From contig CP158636.1 in assembly GCA_050273025.1 (NCBI GenBank), forward strand, positions 11,036,001 through 11,100,000: a DNA stretch of 64,000 bases. The letters are read 5' to 3'. This document shows, in pieces, positions 52,380-64,000 of this stretch (its first letter is position 1; every line of letters begins with the position of its first letter). The translations under genes were made by a program, and so were the position numbers. This DNA is from Cenococcum geophilum. Lineage: Eukaryota. The notes below the pieces were generated by a model that ran no database searches, was not told the origin of the DNA, and worked only from the letters and a program-made list of their open reading frames with translations.

Positions 52380-53700
52380 TGGACAGTTCTAGAGCGGGAG
52401 TGTTATTACTATGCGTAGGAGATGCCTTTTTCTGCCGTATAGGCGGTGCGAATAGATAGCCTTTGTGCATTTCCAAATAACTATTAGGAGTTGCCGGGGG
52501 GGTTTGCCATGGTTCTATCTGCCTGGTTATTATACCTAACTAGGGAAGTAAATTGCTAAATATTTCTAGAGATAAAGGGCTAGTCATCTAAAGGATCTTA
52601 TTCTATAGTTAACATTCTGCTAACTCTAAATGCGCTATATAGCACTTCTAAATCTCGCTTTAGATCTCTCTAATATATATATCATTTATCTTTGGCATTA
52701 ATATTAATAGTTTTGCGATAAGCTGGGATATGTTCCCACTTTATTTAAGTAGCGATTGAAGTAGTATAAGCTCTGTAGATAAATTATATTAGCATTTAGT
52801 AAAAATAGTAAGTGCGGTAATAATAGTAGATTAAATAAGACTGGATATATTTAATGGAGGTAGGTCACGTTAAAGGCATAGGTAAAGCCACCTTTATTTA
52901 TAAGTTTATTTGTAAGGACTGTATCTATAATGTTAATGTCACTTTTAGGGTATATCTATTGCGTACTAGGGCCGTAAAGATCTATAGCGTAGCCGGCGGT
53001 TGTTCTAAAGGCCTAACAGTACTGTCTATTGCTTAATAGTGCCTAACCTTTAATATATAGGTAGTTAGGAGGTGGTATAGAGTGCATACGCGGATCTAAT
53101 AACTTATGTCTTATTAATGCCCGCTATATATTACTAAGCTAAGGAGAGTTATAGACATACTAGCAATAATGCGATAGGCGTTTAAGATGTATACAGAAGA
53201 CTACGCTAAATTACTCGTCGTTAGCCGAGAATTGGAATCCTAACTTATTAGACTTTATAGAGAGGAAGTAATAGTATTAGAAGGCGTTTCTGGAATGAAC
53301 TCCTATATATTGGCATTAAGACTAGTAGGTGGAAGGCTAGGCGGGTATTCTAGTAACTAATTAACACTTAATATGCATTGGTAATTAAAGTATGCTAGGG
53401 ATATATTAACTATTATATTTAATCGGCCACTCCAGAGTACCTGTTGCTAGTTAGGAATTGGAACTCAACTCTATCAAATCTAGGTTCGTCTAAAGAGGCA
53501 TCGCGATATAATTTGGGGCTAAATACCGGTTTTAAGAGTGTCTTCTTTTATAGTCTTCTAATTTGTTTGGCTTAGTGAATCCGTTGCCTTTTTAAGATTT
53601 ATTGCAATTTGGATATAGGTAGAGGAAAGACTTGCGGCCGCCGTACATTCCATAGGCATTTCTTTAATAGCGATAGAGGTTACTAGTTAACAGAGTCTTT
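52380..53700 (-). pseudogene. RIP-degraded intron-containing gene, possibly with a basic/coiled-coil segment
   Basis: S/P-rich frame, gtatgt donor near 53160, then a basic and heptad-like segment ~52600-52730. Confidence 0.3.
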
Positions 53701-54529
53701 TAGCAATCCCTAAATTTGTATTAAACCGTCGACATTAGAATTAGTTATATAAATGGCTAGCATTAAGGTATTAACTTATTTAGAAAATTAGGAGATATAG
53801 ATAAACGATTTGTTATATAATAAGATCTGTTTTAATCTGGAGAGGAAGAGGAATTAAGGTTAATATAAGGAAGAACCCAACTAACTCTCCATAAGGCACC
53901 GTTAGGGTTAAGTAATTGTATTAAAGGCTTGTTAAGTATAGGGGTTATAAAAGAGGCTTATATTGTCTATTATTAAAGATCTCCCGCAGATCCGTTAGAT
54001 AAGGTCCTAGCAAAAAGAGACTAACGGAAGGGGGAAATGGGCTTGCACTTACCATTTCTTAGGCTATAACCCATGGCATTAGGTAAGGGGTAGATATAAA
54101 AAAAGGAATGTTGCATTTAAGTTAGCGTTCGTAGCCTATATTATGGTTAGCTCCCTAATTAAACGTGCACCTAAATTAAGGTGGCTGGCTGTAAATGTAT
54201 ATAGCTTACAGTCGCTTATCTCTAAAGTCCGCGGTATAGTAATTTCTGTGCTATATATATTGCATAACAACTGCCTTTAGAGCCTCTATTAGATTAATTT
54301 CAAGACCATATAAAAGATTTATGCTGCGCTTAGGAACTGCATACTTTAAGAATTTGCTAGATTTTTATAAATTTAGCGCGCTAATAAACTTATATGTATA
54401 GAACCAAGAAAATTCCACAATAACTATAGAGAGGTGTGGAGTTAAGTCTCTAACATTTAGTTAGGACGTAGATTGTTAACCATCTCCTATTACCCGCCCG
54501 CTAATAAGTTATATGCCTATAAGTAACAT

Positions 54530-55200
54530 TATAACTTACCTCTGCTTCTAAGTTCCTAGTTTTTCTAACCAGTCTCCCTAAAGAATGTATCCGTCCGTCT
54601 TAACCTCAAAAACCTAAAGATAAGATGTTGGCTTAGTATGTATAAATAATAACTAGATAACTAAATACTTATGTAAGCAATATCATTTAATACCGTACTA
54701 AGATATAGCCTAACTAGACATTGTTAAGTAACCTCTACCGCAACGTTATTCGCGAAGTCTCTAAACCACTCCTTGCGAGATTGATCATCTTTATTCTCTT
54801 TAGGTTGCCGCTCCGCCCAGTTCACAGCCTTTGTTATAATTATTACAATATATTTAAGATGTAGATCTCTATTAGAACCCTCTTATAGCAGTTAGTATTA
54901 AAATATTCTTTAGGGAGTATAAGAATAAGGAGGGAGGTATTCTACTGTCTCTATTGTTAAGTTGGTGTTATCTAGCTTATGTTAAAGTGACCTAGAATAA
55001 GGAGGAAGGTCTTTAGCTGGACTTTATAGTTCGAGAGTTAAGTTAACCTTATTTAGCTCTAAATTAGACACTAAAAAGTCTTTAGGAGGAGTGTTAAGAT
55101 TTATAATCAAGATAGTAGAAGGGTAGAATATGAAAATTTAAAAAGATAGACTGTTAGGGAGAGGAATGCTAAGCTAAAGGGTGAGAGACCATTGGAGGAA
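54530..55200 (-). pseudogene. RIP-degraded intron-containing gene of unknown function
   Basis: IITKAVNWAERQPKENKDDQSRKEWFRDFANNVAVEV frame; donor-like sites near 54672 and 54539. Confidence 0.4.
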
Positions 55201-57505
55201 GCATAAAGAGGCGCAATTTATTAGCCGGACGAGGGCACTATTAGGACTATTATGGACAGGTACTCCGGCAAATCAGTCTAGTGGCGCTTTATCGCTAATT
55301 TAGACTAGCGGTAGCTCTACTAGTTTAGGTAGTAAAATAAAGGTTAGACGGACACTGCCTTTATTAACTTAATTTAACGAACGACTATAGGAACAGAATT
55401 GTAGATTTCTTATATTATAGCGAAGGTAGTCTAACTAAAATATAAGAAAATTAATCGCAATTGCGTGTGGAGATCTAATTTACTAATAGTAGGAATCTAT
55501 AACACCTATAACTACTATTAAGATCCCACTAGAAAAAATATAAGATGAACATTAATTGTATAATAGTAGTTTCTATTTTCTCTATTTCCTAGGCTCTTCC
55601 TAGCTTAAAGAACTGTGGACTTATAACAATGCTATAGAGTATTTATTAAAATTGTTATAGGTATGGAAATACACTTATTCTTACTTGCTGAATATATATT
55701 AACTAGTAAGAGAAGAGGAGAAGGAGGAGGTATTAATTCTAGATCTATGTTGACAGATAATTTACGAGTAATTATTAAGCGTAGATCGGTAGCTAATACG
55801 TTATCTTTACCGGTACATCAATCTAGGGGAGAGAGCGGTTTAAGGTGTCTAATGCCACTGTATAGTGCGAGGCGAAGGTTTAAAATGGATATTATTAAAA
55901 GAAGGACCTATATATGTTAGTAACTAAAAGAGAAGTAGTTTATAAAAATATACCCAGTCTATATTATAACCTTGTTCTAGGAATTTCAATAACACACCTA
56001 TAGCTATACTAATCGCAATAATGAAAAATCCGTGTAAGCCAGCTTGCAGCCAACCCCAGCCTCTAATTATTGCGGTTTGCGAGCTAAATATAGATTTGTA
56101 GTGGTCTATATAGAATAAAAGGATAATTACGCTCCTAAGGAGAAGGGTGGCTAGTATTTTATAATATGCCTTAGTTTTTATAGCAGCAGTTCTACTTTGG
56201 CAAAATTAGTATTAGAGCCCTAATTTAGAATTTTTCACATATATAATCGCAAAAACTATCGTTAAAAATATCCTAAGTACTATAATAACCGAACTCCTAA
56301 GTAGATAGACCTATCTTGGAATACCTATAAGGGATATATCTTTTACACTTAAGGGGAAAAAAAGGCTACTGTGAAAATCTATATAGGTATTAGTTAAACA
56401 TAAAGGACTTAGGCTTTATACTTACCTCTAGAGTAGCTATAAGTAGTAAAGCGATCTTTGGGAGGGCCTAGTTTAACCTATCCTGCTGCCTAATACCTAG
56501 TAATAATCTGTATATTATAGTAAGGATAACAAACTACACTGCGTTACGAGTAAGTAGAAAAGGCTTAATATAGGTTTTAAAAGGACTTTTAGTAACAAGA
56601 ATGGTATAAGTGCCACTAAAGGTCGAGACTATGTAGGCTATAAGTATAATAATAATGAGAGGAAGAACAGAATCCATATTAATAAGTGTACTGTGTATTG
56701 GCCTTAGGCCTAATGCTATAGAAATGGGGCAAATAACGACTAGCCTAACGCTTTAAGTGGTAAGACGCGAATGTAGGGGAATGCAAGGCAGAGAGAATTG
56801 GTGAGGCCTTAAGGCAACGGGGCAACTATGTGGTTAACGTGCATCTCCAGTCGCTGGGCGCAATTGCTCTATATATTACTAAGCGTCCCTCCCCCTACTG
56901 TAATATTTGAGGTTCAGATATATCTGAAGATTTATCGGTAACTGCCCTCCCCTGGAAGCCAACGTTAGCTCCCTAATAAAGGGGTATTGCTACGGCAATT
57001 ACTTCTTTCTTTTTAGGGAGCGTTGGTGGAGTATGCCGTGAAGCCGAAGAAAGGCCCGGATTTGTTATACGCCAAGCTGTAATTAAATTCATATTAAGGC
57101 GTCAAAGTGCTCGTTTGAGAGGGTATACCGTAACTTACGGCTTATGGCCTTTAAATGGCAACTCTATTTCCTTTTATAAATCGTTTGCGGAGGCCATAAA
57201 GACAATACTAAGGCTTGGACTAGGAGCTGGATAACTATAATTAAAGCCCGTAGAATCTCTAACGAAAATACTATTATAGCTCGGGGTTTTTATAGAGTCT
57301 TATATTGACTTCCCTCTTAAGTCTATATGTTTCCGGAAATTCAATAAGGCGTTAAAAGTCTAGCCTCTCTATCGCGGCATTTGTATACTAGTGCTATTAT
57401 ATTTTTCAATTATTTGCGTAAAAAGCACCTATATGTAAGAAAGCTATGAATATTTCTTCCTATTTAGAAGAAGAGGCTATATTATTGAATCGGATAGTAG
57501 CTGCG

Positions 57506-57585
57506 GGTTGTATAAAGGGCGCCACTAAGAGCGCTAATGTAGCTATGGCTACACTAGCGCTTTTAGTGGCGCCCTTTATACGACC
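57506..57585. repeat. 80-bp loopless palindrome
   Basis: 40-bp arms centred at 57545/57546, with 4 mismatches that are all transitions. Confidence 0.93.
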
Positions 57586-57872
57586 TTAAGGTATAAGCTT
57601 CCCTAGATATATCTATTTCCTAGTAACCTTTCTATATTTACGCTAACGGCCTCTTAATAATGGGCGCTGACTTTAGCAAGCCTAAATTCCAAAAATTTGC
57701 GCATTTATTACTTAATGAAGCTGTAAATGATAAAGAGGTACCTTAGTTAAGTGCCCTTTATATAAATTCGCTAACTCTTTTATAAGTTTGAAGATCTTAT
57801 TGCTCCCTTAGTCCGGACATTGCCTCTAGAAACAAAATAGACTTTAGGATCTCTTGTCTTAAATAACTATTT

Positions 57873-58145
57873 AGCATTAAATCCTTCTTAAAAAGAATTA
57901 CGAGTCGCCGAGCTTACGTCTAATGCCAACGGCCCCTTATTAAATGACAGCTTAATATTAAACCCCTCTTAAAATAGACTACGAATTACCGAGCTTCCGT
58001 CTGATGCTAACAGTCCTTTATTAAACAACAGCTTAATATTAAATCCTTCTTAAAATGGATTATAAGTCGCCGGGCTCCTATCTAATGCCAACGGTCCCTT
58101 ATTAAACGATAGCTTAACATTAAACCCCCTTTAAAGAGAACTACA
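57873..58145 (+). repeat. 81-bp tandem repeat x ~3.3 (probable 27-aa coding repeat)
   Basis: Unit anchors at 57876, 57957, 58038, 58119. Confidence 0.9.
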
Positions 58146-58460
58146 AATTGTTAGGATTTTAAAAGATATAAGATTTTAGTGCCTGCTGAAAATAACGCCA
58201 GAGTAGCTCTATATTAACCCCAAAATCTAAAGGTAGTATATAGGATGGACCAGTAACTGGACTTTCCTCTTTACTATACCTATAGCCTAGTTACTACTAT
58301 AAGGAAATACTATCGCCTACTCCCAACTATAAGGAGACTTTATTATCTACTTATAACCTCGGGAAACCATTAGCACTAACTTGGGTACGCTATATAATGC
58401 TACTGTGCTTATTAAGCAGAATACTCTTATTAACTCTATCTGCTGGAGATTTCTTATAGT

Positions 58461-59786
58461 GTTCTACGACTGATTGCGTAAAATGGTGTAAGATACGGAA
58501 GCGTTAGCCGTACTTATCTCTAATAGCATTGGGATTAGGCTTAAGGAGGCGAAGGAAAAAATGGATGGCTTTAAGAAGCCTAATCCAGGCCTATAAAGGG
58601 CTAGAAGGAGAAGAATAAGAAGAACAAGTTGGACAGCTAGTGGACTATACACAAAATATCCTAATAGGAAGAAACCCCTTTACAAAAGAAGAAGAAGAAG
58701 AAGAGGCAAAAGATGTCCTAAAAGGACTAGTAGAAGAAGTAAGGCTCTCCGTAAGGAGGTAGCCTCTACTAAAGAAACTTATGCAGAGAGGCTAAAGAAG
58801 GACCTCCCTTCTTCGTCCTCCCTACCCTCCTCATTATCTCCTACCCCTATTTCTTCTACTAGAAGTTCTACTTCTACTAGAAGCAAGAAAAAGCAACTAT
58901 AAGAAAGGAAGCTAGTCCTAATTACAGACCAAAAGGACTAGCCTCTAAATACCTTCTCTATACGAAACAAAGTCAATCAACTATTTGCATCAAAACTGCA
59001 AGTAGAAAAACCAGTTTTAGCGTCTATAGCTAGATCCAAAGGAAAACAAAATATTCTCCTTATAACTACAGAAGAGTATAATGCAGATTTCCTAGTCAAA
59101 TATAAGGATATCTGGCATAACTGCTTTACCTTTTAAAGAGAACAAAAACTAGAACCCTGGGTTCAAGTTATAGCCCATAGGGTTCCTACTCTACCTTTTC
59201 TAGGAGAGGGAGGCTCTAAGCTTCTAAAAGAAGAAATCGAGACCTTTAATCCTATAAAGATACAAGGACTACCTAGATAGATCTCATTTAGCGTAAAAAG
59301 ACACGATCCACAAACCAGATTTGGCTCTATAGTTTTTACTATAGAGAACGAGGAAAAAATATAAGAAATCCTTAAGCAAAAAGAGATCTCAATTGCAGGT
59401 ACAGCTACTAAGGTAGTAAAATACCTAGAAGTCTCTCCTACTACGCAGTGTACTAGCTGTCAAAAATTTGGCCATATAGGAGATAGATGCTCTACTAGAG
59501 CCTATAGATTCTGTGCGGCTGCACATTTATCTAAAGACTATTCCTGTTCTACCTGTATTATAACAGGCAAGCCCTGTAAGCATACTACCCCTCTTTGTAT
59601 TAACTGTAAAGAAAACCACTTTGCTAATAGTAAAGACTGCGAGGTCCTAAAAGCAGCTAAGCTAGTAGATACTAGCTTAGAAGGTTCTATAGAAGAATAA
59701 AATAAAATTAATAGGATTCTAGAAGGAGGCAACTTCTACTAGGCTCTTAGTAAAAGATATTAAAGAGCAAAGAAATAGAAATAAAT
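58461..59786 (+). mobile_element. ORF1(gag)-only non-LTR retroelement (no APE/RT), RIP-degraded
   Basis: ORF 58561-59700 with QCTSCQKFGHIGDRC..FCAAAH..CINCKENHFANSKDC knuckles, then a short 3' UTR with a stem-loop and agaaatagaaat tail; 5' end uncertain. Confidence 0.75.
58561..59700 (+). pseudogene. LINE ORF1 / gag-like zinc-knuckle protein (380 codons, RIP stops)
   Basis: In-frame ATG to TAA with C-terminal Cys/His knuckles typical of fungal LINE ORF1. Confidence 0.85.
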
Positions 59787-60045
59787 TGCAAAAGGATAGG
59801 GATAGGTATTAGGGTTTCTTATAGTTTTTCCTACTATTTTCTCATTCCCTAGTAGTTGTAGTAACTTGGTTTTTTACTAAGGAACTATAAACCCCTAGTT
59901 TAGGGCTTTATAAACTACTAGGATATAGCTACTAGTACATATTAAGCTGCCTAGAAAGGATTTATGTATATAGAACTATAGCGCCATAGCCCAAGGCTGC
60001 ATGCGCAGTATTGTACGTAGTATAATACAATGGATATAAAAAAAA

Positions 60046-61300
60046 ATGGATGGTTGGGTTTCAGATAGTAGAAGGTAGCGTGCTCTAGCACGATCTCTTA
60101 GTTAGGGTTCCTTGTTTCTGCTCCTAGAATTAATAAGCAATAATTTATAAGCACCTAAATATCTAAGAAGGTTAAAATACTAACAATCCAGATAGCTTTG
60201 TCTGCCGCTAAATGGTTATAACCGCGAGGCAGCAGTTGACAAACTTAAACTTTTAGGTATTATAGAGAATACGCAGTCTAAAAAGGCGGACGACTTAGGT
60301 ATGGATAAGCTAAGTACTAACAAGCTCGGTGTGACGATTATAGACGGCTTACTGGACCCCTTTAAAGATATTACTAAATTTGTTTACTACCAAACAATAG
60401 AGGCAATAAACGCTTTTAAGCGGAAACGGCGTTTAGATATAAATACAAAATATAGGTCTAAAAAGCCTATTATAATATCTCTTCTACCACTCTAGTGGTT
60501 GCTTAAGGTATAATTTTAGGGGTGGAGATGACTAGGCCTAGCGATGAGAGCCACCACCTAGTGGACTATAGCTTAGCACTATACTAGGGCGAGCTATATA
60601 ACTTTCTAAATCCGCAGCTCGCCCCAAACCCTTTAATTGCCGATTAAGATTTCTAGGGCGAGCTATATGACTTTCTAAATCCACGGCTCGCCCCAAACCC
60701 TTTAATTGCCGATTAAGATTTCCAGGGCGAGCTATATGATTTTCTTAATCTACAGCCCGCCTCGAACCCTTTACTTACTGATTAAGATTTTCAAGGCGGG
60801 CTATACGACTTTCTAAACCCGCTGCTAGCCCCAAACTCCTTACTAACTGTTAATTAAGGTCAATATGGCGAGCTGCCAGATATAATATTGGCGGATAGTG
60901 ACCTTCCTATCTCTTACGGGAACAGTGGACTAGTAATGAACAATTATGTCGATTCCTGTTACCCTAATTACTCTATAGAGTATAACGGTGCTCTTAACCT
61001 ATAAATCTTAGCAAATTCTAACGCCCTAGCTGTTATACCTCCTACAAACCCTAATTGCGCTTAAGCTTTTAACTAGACACAATCCCTATACGCTTTTTAC
61101 CCTCCCACGGTTACTAGTGGGGTGGTATCTATACGGACCTATATAGATATATACGCGAGCCTACTTCCCTTACCTTTGAACCACTAAGGGGTGTTACACT
61201 GTACGGCCAGTATATTGCCGCTCTTAAGCTGAAAGGGTTTAGGAGGCCTGTTATTTAAGGCTTAGAACTGTAGTAACCCGTTATATTAATTTAACTTACT
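60046..61300 (+). pseudogene. RIP-degraded gene with an NLS-like KRKRR and 23-aa repeats
   Basis: Frame includes ORF 60301-60495 (AFKRKRRL) and continues into the 69-bp repeats; ends approximate. Confidence 0.45.
60584..60850 (+). repeat. 69-bp tandem repeat x ~4 (QGELYDFPNPRLAPNPxIADQDF-like after de-RIP)
   Basis: Unit anchors at 60584, 60653, 60722, 60791. Confidence 0.92.
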
Positions 61301-61726
61301 AAGCGCTAATATCACTATAGCTATATTCGATGGTTCGGGCTTACCTAGACGAGGTTTTTTTAGTTTAGTATATACTGCTAGGAACGATTTTTCGAGTAAG
61401 AGCTTGTTGGAGATGGTGTTAAGTATAGTAGCGGTATGTTCTTTAGCTTTCTAGTTCTTATTTGTTAGTATAAATTATATATTATACGTGTTAATAGTAC
61501 CTCTAGGTACGTAGAAATAATCTTCTCTGTTTTTAGAGGGGTGCCTAGTTAATAGAGAGGCTCTGGACACTTATGCGAGGAATAATATTCGCCCTATATT
61601 GCTAGTTGTTTGCGTAAGTCGTTTATATCTTAGCTTTCCATACCATAGAGTATCTTTAGTGTGGTTATAGTAGTGCCTTATAATAAGCAAGACGCGAGTG
61701 CGGGATGTAGATGTGTTAAAGATTGG

Positions 61727-61995
61727 GTAATAAAAGTGATTATAGTGGGGCTGATTTTGGTTTGGGCAATGCCCCTTAGTATAGGCATGTGATATTTAGA
61801 CGCCCAAGGCTGTTACTATATGCCTATTTTTAAAACTCACTCCTGCCGCTTTAATAAGAAACACTATACCGCAAGCTCTTTTACCGGCCTCTTTTATATA
61901 TACTGCTATAACTAATATATAAGCTATATATTGCTTTATATAATAAACGCCTAATATCTCTACGCGGATGTATAGGCGGCGCCTCTTCCCCTTCC
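61727..61995. repeat. Dispersed direct repeat, copy 1 (terminus of an unclassified element)
   Basis: ggctgattttggtttgggcaatgccccttagtataggc...ctacgcggat.tataggcggc matches 63754-64000. Confidence 0.88.
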
Positions 61996-63753
61996 CGTTT
62001 ACGCTAGTGTATATCCTAATAAGACCCTAGATAGTATACTACACACGACCTTTAACTGGCCTTCGTCGTGCGCAGCGCCTTTAAATAACGAATATATAGC
62101 TACGCTAATTCCGCCTACTAATTCTTATTTAATCCTAAAGGCAATATTTATAGGCAAGCAGCTCTACGACTAGCGTCTCTATTTAGAACAGAACGCTAGC
62201 ATCTTGCCCTTTGCAGTTGCATATATAATTTCTTCCTAAACTTCTTAGCGCTTAGCAACCTCCGAAGATATATATGCGGCTTACTCCCTTATATTTAGTG
62301 CCTTTTAATTTATACCCTGCTCCAAGAATACTGTCGTTAAGTAGTGTACGCTTACTGCAACCGGCGGTAGAGTGAAGAACTTAAAGATGGCGTAGAATAG
62401 GCTTCTATAGATGCATTTGTAGTATCTTCTCGTCTTATACCGTCTAGCAATCCTAATTTAAGCCTTAAATATTATTCTTAACCTTTATTAATCTTTACTA
62501 CTCGTAATACTAATAGTAGCCCTATTTGCGTAAGCTGCACAGCAATCTACCCTTTAACCCCTATTAGCTAGGCCAGTTAAGCGGAAAAGTAAAGATAGTT
62601 AAGAGCTTGTGTTAAACACTAGTTAGGCACTAAAAGAACCGGTCCTATTAGCAGCGCTAATTAGGATAATATATAGCCTTAAATTCCGGCTAATGGCTTA
62701 AAATTGCCGCCTGTGATAAGTAGAAGCAAAAAGAACTTAAGTTAAAGCTAAACCAAATTCTAAAAGTAACGAAACTAAGACTAACTCGTTTAAAAGGGGA
62801 ATATTATTACTGTATATGCAAGTGTCTAAATATAGGAAGAATTAAAATATGCGAGGTGTATGCATATGCGTTGCATTAAATGCTTAGCCTACGCGTAAAG
62901 ACTTTGGGAATATAACTTAGTCAAACCTTCTATAACTATAGATTAATTTATAAGTCAGTCTATTTTACTATTAGCGTTTACTATCTTTTTAACCTAACTA
63001 TCACTGGTATATGTAATTATACTTAGGTCTACTATAAGTGTACCCATCTCCAATATAGAGTGAGAGCTTAGTGCACAAAATACTAGGAGACATAAAAAAG
63101 ATGCCTAGTAAATGTTGTGGTAATGTAGGAACTATTCTTATATATTTTTAGCAAATAGCTAATAGACTATAGTAAATACCGGCTTAATAAAAACTGTGGT
63201 ATTTGCTAGTTACTTATTAACTATTAAGCTGATACTAATTGCTCTACTAGGTAATTATAAAGATATATCTTTAAAATCAAATGCATCTAGTAGTAGGGTT
63301 AGATTATCTTCATCACTATTAAAGTAACTATGCTTTTTTCTTGTCCCGCGTAGTAGAGGCCCTAGTTATATATAATAGGGGATTCTTTATTTAGCTAATT
63401 TGAGCAGCTTATTAGGGACTTTAATAGGCATAGGACTAGGAATTATAAAGTTTAAGACCGTAGTTTTGCTTTAGTATAAGAATATTAATTATAGGGTTAG
63501 ACTCTTAATATAGGACTATACTAGTGACTGAGACGTCTCAATATAGGACTGCACTGCAGTGACATTACGCGACCGCCTAGAAGTACCGATTAAACTTAAA
63601 TTATGTACCTTTTGGCCCAAAATCGCGTACGAGGGTACTTAGGGGCGGTCGCTGCGCGACCTCGTGTGGGGTTCATGCGCGTTATTAGCAGGGGTAGCCC
63701 TAACCTCGTATTAACCTGGGTCATAACCGCGCCAAATAACCCCCCCCCCTAAT

Positions 63754-64000
63754 ATGTAATAGTTATTATAGTAGGGCTGATTTTGGTTTGGGCAATGCCC
63801 CTTAGTATAGGCACGTAATGTTTAGATCGTGCCTATTGTAAATCTCACTCCTATCGCTCTAATAAAATATTATACCGCAAGCCTTTTTACCGGCCTCCTT
63901 TATATATACTACTACAACCCGCTATATAAGCCGTATACTACTTTATATAATAAATGCCTAATATCTCTCTACGCGGATATATAGGCGGCACCCCTTCCCG
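63754..64000. repeat. Dispersed direct repeat, copy 2, running off the window edge
   Basis: Matches 61727-61995 with indels and some transversions. Confidence 0.88.

Noticed and set aside
54720..54850. Dynamin GED-like similarity (FANNVAVEV..CL)
   Set aside because: Too short a resemblance, and no GTPase motifs are recognisable nearby.
60584..60850. CRISPR-like array (also 57873-58145)
   Set aside because: Units are contiguous with no unique spacers, the context is eukaryotic, and there are no cas genes.
46233..64000. Definitive Starship call
   Set aside because: No captain recombinase, boundaries or direct repeats could be identified; kept only as a hypothesis.

Overview
This is a fungal (most likely ascomycete) heterochromatic window with no intact gene. 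It is saturated with RIP-type C>T/G>A mutations: strong TpA excess, stop codons derived from CAA/CAG/TGG/CGA, and LTR pairs whose substitutions are essentially all transitions. Bases ~2011-46232 are a nest, up to four levels deep, of 8 retrotransposons resolved by LTRs and target-site duplications. Copia X hosts Gypsy A (which contains Gypsy B), Gypsy C (which contains Copia D, itself containing a LINE and Gypsy E), and truncated Gypsy F. A and E are one chromovirus family with an unusually long gag extension and an antisense ORF encoding a Zn-cluster-like (C6) protein. The flanks (1-2010 and ~46233-64000) hold 12-bp-period minisatellites, several RIP-killed cellular-type genes (one protein-kinase-like), an ORF1-only LINE-like element, an 80-bp loopless palindrome, coding tandem repeats and a dispersed direct repeat. 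Protein motifs are read by eye, often after mentally reversing RIP; no database searches were run.
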